Of a DNA stretch of 64,000 bases, positions 30,759-40,051 are shown one piece after another. The translations under genes and the position numbers were made by a program. The stretch's first letter is position 1; each line of letters begins with the position of its first letter. The notes under the pieces were generated by a model that did not search any database, was not told the origin of the DNA, and saw only the letters and a program-made list of their open reading frames with translations. Source of the DNA: Acidobacteriota bacterium. GTDB lineage: Bacteria; Acidobacteriota; UBA890; WLXD01. The DNA lies in contig CBDBHB010000009.1 of NCBI GenBank assembly GCA_965205505.1, positions 1,664,001 to 1,728,000 of the forward strand, read 5' to 3'.

Positions 30759-31691
30759 TTGTTCGAGAGACGACGGTTCGTTGTTGCTGGAGCGGTATCG
30801 GTGTTGCTGTCGCTGCTTCCCCGGGTGGCACACCCGGCGAGTCCAGTTGCCAAGTCGCAGGGCGCGAAGATCTATATCTCAGCCGATCTCGAAGGAGTGA
30901 CGGGGGCGGTCAGCGAGCAGCAACTCGGTACGGGAGGCTTCGAGTACGAGCGCTTCCGCCGTTTCATGACTGACGAGGTGCTGGCGGCAATAGACGGCGC
31001 CCGCGCCGCCGGTGCGGTCGAAATCCTGGTGAGCGACTCGCACGGCAACGGTCAGAACCTGTTGATCGACGAGTTGCCCGATGACGTCATGATCGTCCGC
31101 TCGTGGCCACGCCGGCTGGGCATGATGCACGGGCTCGACAGCACGTTCGATGGTGCGATCTTCATCGGCTATCACGCCGGTACGACCAATTCCGACGGGG
31201 TCCGCGCGCACACCATGTCGAGCGCCACGCTCGCCGACGTACGTATCAACGGCCACTCGGCCAACGAGACCGTCTGGAACGCCGCTATTGCGGGTCATCT
31301 CGGCGTGCCGATTATCGCTATCTCGGGCGACGACGCCACCATCGCCGAGGCTCGGGCAACGCTTGGGGATGGGTTTGAGCCGGCGGTCGTGAAGTGGGCA
31401 CACTCGTTCCACTCGGCCACGATCCTCACGCCCTCGGCCGGGCAGGCGGTTATCCGTGCCGCAGTCGAGCGCGCCGTGCGTCGCATCGATGAGATGGAGC
31501 CGTATCACGTCGACACGCCGGTCACGGTTACGGTGCGGTTCAAGAACTACCGGCCGAGCCAGCTACTGGCGTTCTTGCCGATGTTCGAACGCGTCGATGC
31601 TCACGCGGTACGCTTTGAGGCTTCAGACATGACTGCGGCAGCCCCGATCCTAGGATTCGTTACGGGCTATCGCCCCGACATCACGCCCTGA
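30759..31691 (+). CDS. dppA: M55 family D-aminopeptidase with N-terminal export signal
   Basis: IYISADLEG, DSHG, GYHA, AHT, SGDD. Confidence 0.88.
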   Translation: MFERRRFVVAGAVSVLLSLLPRVAHPASPVAKSQGAKIYISADLEGVTGAVSEQQLGTGGFEYERFRRFMTDEVLAAIDGARAAGAVEILVSDSHGNGQNLLIDELPDDVMIVRSWPRRLGMMHGLDSTFDGAIFIGYHAGTTNSDGVRAHTMSSATLADVRINGHSANETVWNAAIAGHLGVPIIAISGDDATIAEARATLGDGFEPAVVKWAHSFHSATILTPSAGQAVIRAAVERAVRRIDEMEPYHVDTPVTVTVRFKNYRPSQLLAFLPMFERVDAHAVRFEASDMTAAAPILGFVTGYRPDITP

Positions 31692-31716
31692 GTTCTGGGC
31701 GAGCCGGAGACGCAGT

Positions 31717-33549
31717 GTGCGAATTCGCCGAACGACTCCCATTCTCTGTGCGGTAGGACTCGCGGCTTTTCTCGTAGCTGGTGGGGCCCACGGCCAGGAC
31801 GATACGGCGGCTGAGCTGGCAACCCGTTTGCGCGATCGCATTGATACCGCCGGGCTGCGCGCCCAGGTCAACGCCATCGTCGTACACCCGCGACCTTCGG
31901 GCAGTCTCGGCGAGAGCGCCGCCATCGATCACATCGTCGAAACGCTGCACGGCGCGGGAGTTCCGACCGAGGTTCACGCGTTCTGGGCCTACCTCAGCGA
32001 TCCAGTGTCGGCCTCGGTGAGCGTTGCCTCCGCGAGCTTCGAGCCCGACGCGATCACGACGGCTTACTCGGGTTCGGTACGAGGGTTGGAAGGCGTTGCG
32101 GTTGATCTCGGGGGGGTAGACGACCTACCCCGCATCGATCTGACTTCCGGTGAGCTCCTCGAGATCGAGGCTCACGGTGGCATCGATCTGAGCGGAAAGA
32201 TCGCCCTCGTCGAGGGGTTGCCTATGCCCGAGGCGGCGTGGGTGCTCGAGAAAATGGGTGTTGCCGGGGCCGTGTTCATCAACCCGCGGGAGCGCCTCAA
32301 CGAGCTCATCACGACTACCGTCTGGGGAACCCCCTCCCGCCGATCCGCACACCGTGTTCCCAGTCTCCCGGTGGCGCAGGTGCGGGCGTCCGATGGTGAT
32401 CGCCTCAGGGAGCTGACCAGCAGTGGCGCTACCCTGCGTCTCGATGTGAGCACTGAGACCGGGTGGAAGGAGCTACGCCTCGTGGTAGCGCGCATCGACC
32501 CGCCCGAGATCGAGGATGCGCCCTACGTTCTGTTGGGCGGCCATATCGATTCCTGGTACTACGGTGCTACCGACGAGGGGGCGTCGAACGCTGCCATGGT
32601 GGAGCTTGCACGGGCGTTCTGGGCGGAGCGAGCCAGCTTGCGTCGGGGGCTGGTGGTGGCCTGGTGGCCGGGTCACAGCAACGGCCGGTATGCCGGGTCA
32701 ACCTGGTTCGCGGACCACTATTTCGAGGAGCTGACCGCACGCGGCATCGCCTATATGAACATCGACGGCGTTGGGCAGATCGATGCGCGGAATTTCTCGG
32801 TCAGCGCCAGCATGTCGCTTGCCGGCCTCGGTAGTGAGCTGGTGGGCGAGCTCACTCGGAGCGAGTCGACGGTCACCCTGCCTGGAAGGGATTCCGATCA
32901 AGCGTTCAACGGGATCGGCTTGCCACAGTTGCAGTTCGGGCATTCGCGGTCGGCCGAGGATGGGGGCTACTGGTGGTGGCATACCGATGAAGACACCATC
33001 GACAAGATCGACCTGGACATTCTGGAGCTCGACACGGAGCTGTACGCTGTGGCGTTGGCGCGACTTCTCGCCGAAGACGTTCCCCCGTTCGACATCGAGG
33101 CCGAGACCGCGGCGCTGCTGGAACGGCTCGTCGAGCTCCAGGAGACCGCCGGTATGGATTTCGATCTCTCGCGGTCCGTCGACGACGCCCGCACCTTGAG
33201 CGAGCGAGCCGCTGCGCTGGCGACACGGATCGAGGAGGTCGCTCTGATGCCATGGCGAGCGCGCCGCTGGTTTCAGAGGGTGAACGTCGATCGAGCGCTC
33301 GTCCGCATCATGCGCCCGCTGCACCGAGTAATCCACACGCGATCTGGGGCCTTTCACCCCGATCCGGCATTGAGCGTGGGCGTGCTTCCGGGACTGACAC
33401 CCGTGCGTGAGCTCGGTTTGCTCGAAGTCGACAGCCGCCGCTACGGGTTCCTGCTCGTCGATCTCGTGCGAGAACGGAACCGGCTGCAAGCGGCGTTGCA
33501 CGAAGCGACTCGCGAGATCGACGTGTTGATCGCGTCGCGTTTGCGCTGA
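31717..33549 (+). CDS. Secreted M28 family metallopeptidase with PA-like insert
   Basis: Signal peptide, GHIDSW..GATD, YMNID, WHTDED. Confidence 0.85.
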   Translation: MRIRRTTPILCAVGLAAFLVAGGAHGQDDTAAELATRLRDRIDTAGLRAQVNAIVVHPRPSGSLGESAAIDHIVETLHGAGVPTEVHAFWAYLSDPVSASVSVASASFEPDAITTAYSGSVRGLEGVAVDLGGVDDLPRIDLTSGELLEIEAHGGIDLSGKIALVEGLPMPEAAWVLEKMGVAGAVFINPRERLNELITTTVWGTPSRRSAHRVPSLPVAQVRASDGDRLRELTSSGATLRLDVSTETGWKELRLVVARIDPPEIEDAPYVLLGGHIDSWYYGATDEGASNAAMVELARAFWAERASLRRGLVVAWWPGHSNGRYAGSTWFADHYFEELTARGIAYMNIDGVGQIDARNFSVSASMSLAGLGSELVGELTRSESTVTLPGRDSDQAFNGIGLPQLQFGHSRSAEDGGYWWWHTDEDTIDKIDLDILELDTELYAVALARLLAEDVPPFDIEAETAALLERLVELQETAGMDFDLSRSVDDARTLSERAAALATRIEEVALMPWRARRWFQRVNVDRALVRIMRPLHRVIHTRSGAFHPDPALSVGVLPGLTPVRELGLLEVDSRRYGFLLVDLVRERNRLQAALHEATREIDVLIASRLR

Positions 33550-33615
33550 GGCTGCCGCCCGCCGCCCCGGCAATTCCGCATTCCGCGCCGCGGCGTATCA
33601 GCAAGTAAGGAGGAG

Positions 33616-33842
33616 AGAGGTGGACCCCGAAATTCGGACAGCTTGCTAAGGTGGGATCCAGACGAAGGAGAAGGAGTCTGGAATGCCACGGGAGAGACGG
33701 AGATATCCTGCTGAGCTGAAGGCGAAGGTGGCGTTGGAGGCGCTTCGGGAGGAAGCGACAATGGCGGAGCTGGCAGCCCGCTACGATGTGCATCCGAACC
33801 TGATCGCCAACTCGAAGAAGAAGGCTCGGCAGAAGGTACTGG
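33616..33842 (+). mobile_element. Remnant of a different IS3-family element (left end plus truncated orfA)
   Basis: GGACCCCGAAATTCGGACA left-end-like motif; RRRYPAELKAKVALEALREEATMAELAARYDVHPN; no orfB. Confidence 0.8.
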
Positions 33843-34037
33843 CTTGCGATCCAGCGATAGCTGACTCGAGCACAGGGTCGCCGCGACACGAGCGCCCCCT
33901 GCAGCGGAGAGCATAACGCAGGTGCGCAGCGACAGACGATCGCCTAGAATCAGGGCTGTATCCTCCGTTCCAACGTGCTGGCGACGCTCTCACCACCGCC
34001 GGCCGCGCCACTTGCGTGAGTCCGAACGCGCCGCACT

Positions 34038-35450
34038 ATGCCTCGTCCGGCCAGTCGCTCGACCCGGATCTGCACCGCCGCCGCGCTGCTTTTGCTCGTG
34101 CAGGCGGCGGACGCGGTGGATCTACCGGCCACCTACGCGCTGGCGGGTAGCCTCAACGGGGGGCTGAGTTGGGCATCGTCGAACTACCGTTGCGACGATT
34201 GCAACGTGATCTTGGTCTCGATCGACACTCTCCGGCAGGATCACGTCGGCGCGTACGGCTACCAGCAAGATACGACTCCCAACATTGACTCGTTTGCCGA
34301 CGACGCCATGCGGTTCGAGCATGCCATCGCCATGGCGCCTTCGACGCTGCCCTCGCACGCCTCGATTTTCACATCGATGATCCCCGAGCATCATCGCGCA
34401 TTGCGTTCCACCGAACGGCCGTTGCCTGATGACGCCGTGACTATGGCCGAGATCCTCTTCCAGGCCGGGTATCGTACCGGTGGTTTTACCGCTGGCGCTC
34501 AGATGCACGAGAAGTACAACGTTGATCAGGGCTTCGACGTCTACGACTCGTTCGAGCAGGAAATGACCCACGCGTCGCGTTTCAGCGACATCGTCGAGAA
34601 AGGGAAGCAGTTTCTCGACGAGCATGGCGACGAGCAGTTCTTCCTTTTCCTGCACACCTATGAGGTACACACGCCGTACACGCCGCCGCGTGAGTACCTG
34701 CAGATGTTCGATCCCGGCTACGAGGGCGACCTTGGCGATGAGATCACCCTGCAATATCTACGCTCGGTTTTCGAGAACCCCGTGCGTTTGCGCGTCTCGG
34801 AGATGGACCGACGCCACATCGTCGCCGCATACGACGGCGAGATTCGCAACATGGACGCTGCGTTCGGCGATCTGGTGTCGTATCTGCGGGAGCGCGGCCT
34901 CTACGACAACACGCTGATCGTGTTCACCTCCGACCATGGCGAGGAGTTCGGCGAGCGAGGCCGTCATGGTTGGCACTCGTGGACGCTCTACGACGAGTTG
35001 CTCACGGTACCGCTGCTCATCAAGCTACCGGGCTCCCGGTACGGTGGCCAGGTGTTCGGCGAAGTGGCGCGTGGTATCGATCTACTGCCCACGATGGTCG
35101 ACTTGCTCGACATCGATACGGCTCAGCCTTTCGAGGGCCAAAGCTTGATGGATCGCGTGCTCAATCGGCGCACCGACGTAGTGTTCGCTGTCAGCCAGCG
35201 CGATTACGTGGGTGCGCTGCCGACCTCGATCCGAACAGCGCGCTGGAAGCTGTACGACGGCGCCCTGTACGACCTGGCGGTCGATCCGATCGAGCGCCGG
35301 GACGTATCGGCCGAGTACCCGCATGTAAGGACGTCGCTGGACGCCAACCTGGCGGTGATTCGAAGCCACACGGCGCTAGACGACGCGGATCCGATCGAGC
35401 TGGACGAAGCGCTGCGACGCGAGCTGCGAGATCTCGGCTACATCCAGTAG
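34038..35450 (+). CDS. Sulfatase-like (alkaline phosphatase superfamily) hydrolase
   Basis: SIDTLR.DH, STLPSHAS, EVHTPY, YDGEI, SDHGEEF, C-terminal LRDLGY. Confidence 0.9.
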   Translation: MPRPASRSTRICTAAALLLLVQAADAVDLPATYALAGSLNGGLSWASSNYRCDDCNVILVSIDTLRQDHVGAYGYQQDTTPNIDSFADDAMRFEHAIAMAPSTLPSHASIFTSMIPEHHRALRSTERPLPDDAVTMAEILFQAGYRTGGFTAGAQMHEKYNVDQGFDVYDSFEQEMTHASRFSDIVEKGKQFLDEHGDEQFFLFLHTYEVHTPYTPPREYLQMFDPGYEGDLGDEITLQYLRSVFENPVRLRVSEMDRRHIVAAYDGEIRNMDAAFGDLVSYLRERGLYDNTLIVFTSDHGEEFGERGRHGWHSWTLYDELLTVPLLIKLPGSRYGGQVFGEVARGIDLLPTMVDLLDIDTAQPFEGQSLMDRVLNRRTDVVFAVSQRDYVGALPTSIRTARWKLYDGALYDLAVDPIERRDVSAEYPHVRTSLDANLAVIRSHTALDDADPIELDEALRRELRDLGYIQ

Positions 35451-35499
35451 CCCGCCCCCCGCAAGGCTGGGACCCCCGTGCCGGGATGGGTCAGGTGGC

Positions 35500-36588
35500 T
35501 CAGCTACGCAGCAGCTCGTAGGCGACCCCGTCCAGCTGTTCGCGGTCGCCGAGGTCGTCCTCGACATCGCGGGCCCATTCCCCGAGTATCGCCTTGGGAC
35601 CAGCATGTAGCACTAGCAGCTCGGCCCCGAAGCCCGACCCGTACGAAAACGCCGCGAGGCGCTGGCCTTCCACCAAGCCGCGTAGCGCGTTGGCAACGGA
35701 GATCCACAGGCTGGCCGTGTAGGCGTTGCCGCAGAGTCGGTTCCAAAGCATGGTCGGGTCGACCTTCTGCTCGAACAGCCGCTCGATATCCTCGAGGCTC
35801 CATCCGAAATGCTCTCCGATCCGGTGCACTGTCTTACGCACCATCTTCGGAAAGGGCACGTGGAAGCAGATCGCGGCAAGCTCGGCGAACACTTTCTCGG
35901 GGTCGCGATCCCGTACCAACGCGCGGAAGCAACGTTCCGCGGCGCGCTTGTAGCAGTCGAGGCTCAACGCCCCATCGACTCGCGGGAACGATTCGCCGAC
36001 CGGACGGAAGAAGTCGAACTGCGGTTCGCTCCAGGCGTGGGACTCGGGGTCGATGGCAGCGACGGTGGGTTCCTCGATGACCATGGCGGCGGCGCCGGCA
36101 CCTTGCGTAGGCTCGCCGGGGTCACCCGGCTCGTAAAGCGATACATCGGCGGCGATGACCAGGGCGGCGCGGTCCGCCGCGGCACCAGACATTCGCCACT
36201 CGGCGGCTTGCCGAACCGCGAGCGTGCCACCGTAGCAGGCGTGCTTGACCTCGTAGGAGCGCACCGCGCCCTCCAGCTCGAGCCGATCGGCGACGAAGGC
36301 GCTCAAGGGACGGCTCATGTCGATCGCGGTCTCGGTGCCAACAGCGAGCAGTCCGATCTTGGAGCGGTCCCCGTCCCAGCGGTCCAGGGCCCGCTCGGCG
36401 GCCTTGACTGCCAGATCGACTACCCCGTAGCCCGGCGGGCAAAGCGACATCTGTTCGCAGCCGAGGCCGACCTTGTACTTGTCGGGGTCGACTCCACGCA
36501 GCTCGGCGAGACTGTCGAGATCCATAGCCAACGGCGGCAGCGCCAGGCCGATCGAAGCGATGCCGGTATCCGGACGCTCTACTCGCAC
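35500..36588 (-). CDS. mvaS: Hydroxymethylglutaryl-CoA synthase
   Basis: GTETAID, KHACYGG, GEPTQGAGA, FHVPF, GNAYTAS, FSYGSG. Confidence 0.9.
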   Translation of the reverse strand: MRVERPDTGIASIGLALPPLAMDLDSLAELRGVDPDKYKVGLGCEQMSLCPPGYGVVDLAVKAAERALDRWDGDRSKIGLLAVGTETAIDMSRPLSAFVADRLELEGAVRSYEVKHACYGGTLAVRQAAEWRMSGAAADRAALVIAADVSLYEPGDPGEPTQGAGAAAMVIEEPTVAAIDPESHAWSEPQFDFFRPVGESFPRVDGALSLDCYKRAAERCFRALVRDRDPEKVFAELAAICFHVPFPKMVRKTVHRIGEHFGWSLEDIERLFEQKVDPTMLWNRLCGNAYTASLWISVANALRGLVEGQRLAAFSYGSGFGAELLVLHAGPKAILGEWARDVEDDLGDREQLDGVAYELLRS

Positions 36589-36811
36589 GAAATCTGCTCC
36601 CGATGACGTTTCTAGGAAGGGTCCTCACGTCCCGGGCGGGACACGTTGAAAGCGACACCCCCTAACCCCGATCTGCGGAGTCAGCGAAGTGTAGGAGCGA
36701 ACGTGTGTCTACGGCAAGCCGCGGGGCAAAGACGGCGATCAGTGAACTCAGCGCAACCGGGGCGTTATGCTAGGGTAAAGTGCCCTTTGAATGGTCCCCT
36801 TTTTTGGTCTC

Positions 36812-38113
36812 ATGCCCGACTCCACATCGATTCTCCGCCTGTTGCGCGACTTGGTGCGCCGAGCCCGGACCAACCGCTTGTTACAGGAGCTCGCCGATTC
36901 CGTCGGCGGTGCGCTGGCGGCCTGGCTGCTCATGGCGTTGTGGAACGCTACTATGCCCCGCCAGATTGCCCTGGGGTGGCCGTTCTTCGCGATCGTCGCC
37001 GTCGCTGCTGTGCTACGGACCGTCATACGCTGCGCGCGCCCGATGCCGCTCTGGGAGGCTGCTTCTCGCGCCGACGAGGTCGCCGACCTGACCGACGAGC
37101 TGACTTCAGCGTATTGGTTCGTACGTCACCCCCAGGAGGACGATTGGGTGGGGCGTCATGTCGAGCGCGCCGCGGATACTGCCCGAGAACTGGACGGCGG
37201 TACGCTGTTGCCGGTTCGCCGTCCGCAACGCCTCGGCCTGGCGGCCGGCTGTTTCGCTGGCCTGCTCGCCGTGGCGCTCTTGCCTGTACCGCGGGTGTTC
37301 GAGAACATCGTTGATCGGCTGAGCGATATCGCGCTGTCCAACGAACCCCTCGACGAGAGCATGGAGGCGCTGTCGGCGTTGGAAGAGGCCGCCGATGCTG
37401 CTGCGCGGGCCGATGAGCCACAGGCCCCTATCGCCGACGAACAGTTGCTCATGCCGCAGCCGGGCGACGAAGGGGAGACGTCCGAAAACGCGCTCGAGGA
37501 GGACTCGGCGCTGGAGGAGCAGGAGGCGGATCCGGACGGCGCGTTCACCGAGGGGGACGAGGCCGGGGAGGAGGGGGAGGCCGGCGAGGAAGGTGAGCAG
37601 ACTCAGGTCGAGAATTCCGAAGACATCCCCGCCGATACGGAAGGTGAGCAGGCGCCCGACCCGAACGCCAGTCAGCAGGAGGGTCAGGGCGAATCAACCG
37701 AGGAAAGTGGCACCATGTTGCCTGGCGGGGACGAGGTGTTCCTGCAGCAGGGCACGGACGAGGCCGACCAGGCGCAGCTGGGCGAGGAAGAGGTCGGGCA
37801 TGCGACGCGCGAGGGCGGGGAGGAACAAGATCTAGTGCAGGGCGAGCTGAGCACCTTGGAGGTGGAGCTACAGCGCGAGATCCTGGCGATGTCGGAGGAG
37901 GAAGCTGAGGAGGAACCGGAGGAGATGGAGGAGTTGGTTATCAAGGCTGAGGTGTCGCGGCTCGAGTTCCAAACAGTGGAGTCGCCCAGCGAGTATGCCC
38001 AGCAGGAGCTCATGCAGACCGAGACCGTGCCGTGGAGTTACCGGGATCTCGTGCGGTCGTACTTCAAGACGCTGCGCGCACGTGACAACCAGCAAGAAGA
38101 CGAAGGACGATGA
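36812..38113 (+). CDS. Membrane protein with long acidic low-complexity region (MoxR operon associated)
   Basis: Three TM segments, E/D/Q-rich tract, C-terminal VPWSYRDLVRSYF. Confidence 0.8.
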   Translation: MPDSTSILRLLRDLVRRARTNRLLQELADSVGGALAAWLLMALWNATMPRQIALGWPFFAIVAVAAVLRTVIRCARPMPLWEAASRADEVADLTDELTSAYWFVRHPQEDDWVGRHVERAADTARELDGGTLLPVRRPQRLGLAAGCFAGLLAVALLPVPRVFENIVDRLSDIALSNEPLDESMEALSALEEAADAAARADEPQAPIADEQLLMPQPGDEGETSENALEEDSALEEQEADPDGAFTEGDEAGEEGEAGEEGEQTQVENSEDIPADTEGEQAPDPNASQQEGQGESTEESGTMLPGGDEVFLQQGTDEADQAQLGEEEVGHATREGGEEQDLVQGELSTLEVELQREILAMSEEEAEEEPEEMEELVIKAEVSRLEFQTVESPSEYAQQELMQTETVPWSYRDLVRSYFKTLRARDNQQEDEGR

Positions 38114-39102
38114 TCGAAGTCGAAGAGAGCATCGAGAGTTTCCAGGGACGGTTCCAGATCGTTCGCGACGAGATCGGCAAGATCATCGTCGGTACCGACG
38201 AAGTAATCGCCGGGATCTTGACCGCCCTCCTGGCCGGCGGTCACGCGCTGCTGGAGGGAATTCCGGGACTCGGCAAGACCAAGCTGGTGCACACGCTCGC
38301 CGACGTGTTGCACCTGGATTTCCACCGCATCCAGTTCACCCCCGACTTGATGCCCGCGGATATCGTGGGAACGAACGTCGTGCACGAAACACCGGATGGA
38401 GGGCGGCACCTGGAGTTCCAGCCCGGGCCCATCTTCGCCAACATCGTTCTGGCCGACGAGATCAACCGCGCCACTCCGAAGACGCAGTCGGCGCTGCTGG
38501 AGGCGATGCAGGAGAACAGCGTCTCGGTGGGCCGCGAGACCTACCAGCTGGAGCAGCCGTTCTTCGTGCTCGCCACCCAGAATCCGCTCGAGATGGAAGG
38601 GACGTATCCCTTGCCGGAGGCGCAGCTCGACCGTTTCTTGTTCAAGCTCAAGCTTGACTTCCCGAGCGTCGAGCATCTGCACGAGATCATGGAGCGCACG
38701 ACGCAGGCCGATGAGCCAACGGTGACGCGGGTGCTCGATGGCGAGCAGATCGTCGAGATGCGCAAGACGGCGCGCTCGGTGCTGATCTCCAAGCCGGTGC
38801 AGGACTATGCCATCCGGCTCACCCTGGCCACGCATCCGGGCTCGGAGCACGCGGTGCAGGAGACCGAGAAGTACGTGCGCTACGGCGCCGGGCCACGCGC
38901 CATCCAGGCGCTCGTGCTGGCCGGTAAGATTCGCGCGCTGCTGCAAGGTCGAGTGCACGTTGCGGCGGAAGACATCCGTGCCAACCTGATGCCGGCGCTG
39001 CGACACCGTGTGTTGCTCAACTTCGAAGGCGAGGCCGACCGCATCGACACCGACACGATCTTGACGGAGATCCTCGAGAGTTTGCCGGGGCCAGGCGAAT
39101 AG
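38110..39102 (+). CDS. moxR: MoxR-family AAA+ ATPase
   Basis: GIPGLGKT, RIQFTPDLMPADI, DEINRATPKTQSALLEAM, TYPLPEAQLDRF. Confidence 0.95.
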   Translation: MIEVEESIESFQGRFQIVRDEIGKIIVGTDEVIAGILTALLAGGHALLEGIPGLGKTKLVHTLADVLHLDFHRIQFTPDLMPADIVGTNVVHETPDGGRHLEFQPGPIFANIVLADEINRATPKTQSALLEAMQENSVSVGRETYQLEQPFFVLATQNPLEMEGTYPLPEAQLDRFLFKLKLDFPSVEHLHEIMERTTQADEPTVTRVLDGEQIVEMRKTARSVLISKPVQDYAIRLTLATHPGSEHAVQETEKYVRYGAGPRAIQALVLAGKIRALLQGRVHVAAEDIRANLMPALRHRVLLNFEGEADRIDTDTILTEILESLPGPGE

Positions 39103-39129
39103 AAATCCCGTGATCGTGCGAACAGGCTG

Positions 39130-40044
39130 ATGGGTGCCGCGAACGCCGAACCGCTGAGCGAGGGCGGCCTAGGGCCGTTCGACGAGGAGTTCCTACGCAA
39201 GCTCGAGCTACTTAGCGTGGTCTCCAAGCGGCTGCTTTCGGGGCAGTTCAAGGCAGAGCGGCGTGCCCGCAAGGTGGGTGCCGGCGTGGAGTTCGCCGAC
39301 TATCGCGGCTACGTGCCCGGTGACGATTTTCGCGCCGTCGATTGGCGTGCCTACATGCGGCTCGGTCGCCTGATCCTGAGATTGTACGAGGAGGAGACCG
39401 ACCTCCCGATCTACCTGTTCGTCGACGCCAGCCTGTCGATGGGAACCGATGGCGGCAAGAAGCTCGACTATGCGAAGAAGGTGGCTGCGGCCCTGGCGTA
39501 CGTTGGCCTGTCGAACCTGGATCGCGTCAACCTGGTGGTCTACGCCGAGGGGATTATCGAGGAGCTGCCGGCGCAGCGCAGCAAGGGCCAGATCTTCAGC
39601 ATCCTGCGGTTCCTGGCGCGCGTGCGAGCCAGCCACGAGACCAACGCCGGTAGGGCGTTCCACCGATTCTTCACTGCCAAGCGCCGTCGCGGCATGACGG
39701 TGGCGATCTCCGACTTCTTCGACCCCCACGGCGCCACCAAGGCGTTCGACATCGTTCGTTATCGCCGCCAGGATCTGCTCGCTGTGCACGTCGCCAGCCC
39801 GCAGGACATGTCGCCCAGCCTGAATGGCGAGGTCACGCTGATCGATTCGGAGACGCGCCAGCCTCAGGACATTACCGTCACGCCGACCCTGCTGCAGGCC
39901 TACGAAGAGGAGTACGATCGATACTGCGACGAGCTGGAGCGCTACTGCACCCTGTACGGCTTCAGCTATGTGCGCACGATCACCGATTTCCCCTTCGAGG
40001 AGCTTATCCTGCAGGTAATGCGACAGGGCAGGTTCCTCTCGTGA
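39130..40044 (+). CDS. DUF58 protein
   Basis: GVEFADYRGYVPGDDFRAVDW, VDASLSM, ISDF. Confidence 0.92.
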   Translation: MGAANAEPLSEGGLGPFDEEFLRKLELLSVVSKRLLSGQFKAERRARKVGAGVEFADYRGYVPGDDFRAVDWRAYMRLGRLILRLYEEETDLPIYLFVDASLSMGTDGGKKLDYAKKVAAALAYVGLSNLDRVNLVVYAEGIIEELPAQRSKGQIFSILRFLARVRASHETNAGRAFHRFFTAKRRRGMTVAISDFFDPHGATKAFDIVRYRRQDLLAVHVASPQDMSPSLNGEVTLIDSETRQPQDITVTPTLLQAYEEEYDRYCDELERYCTLYGFSYVRTITDFPFEELILQVMRQGRFLS

Positions 40045-40051
40045 GGGCGCG

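Noticed and set aside
37380-37990. GAG-rich tandem repeat DNA
   Set aside because: Explained by Glu-rich low-complexity coding sequence.
38038-39006. Long antisense ORFs (also 10281-11237, 14757-15782, 60842-61786 and many others)
   Set aside because: Shadow frames of well-supported genes in GC-rich DNA with no recognisable motifs.
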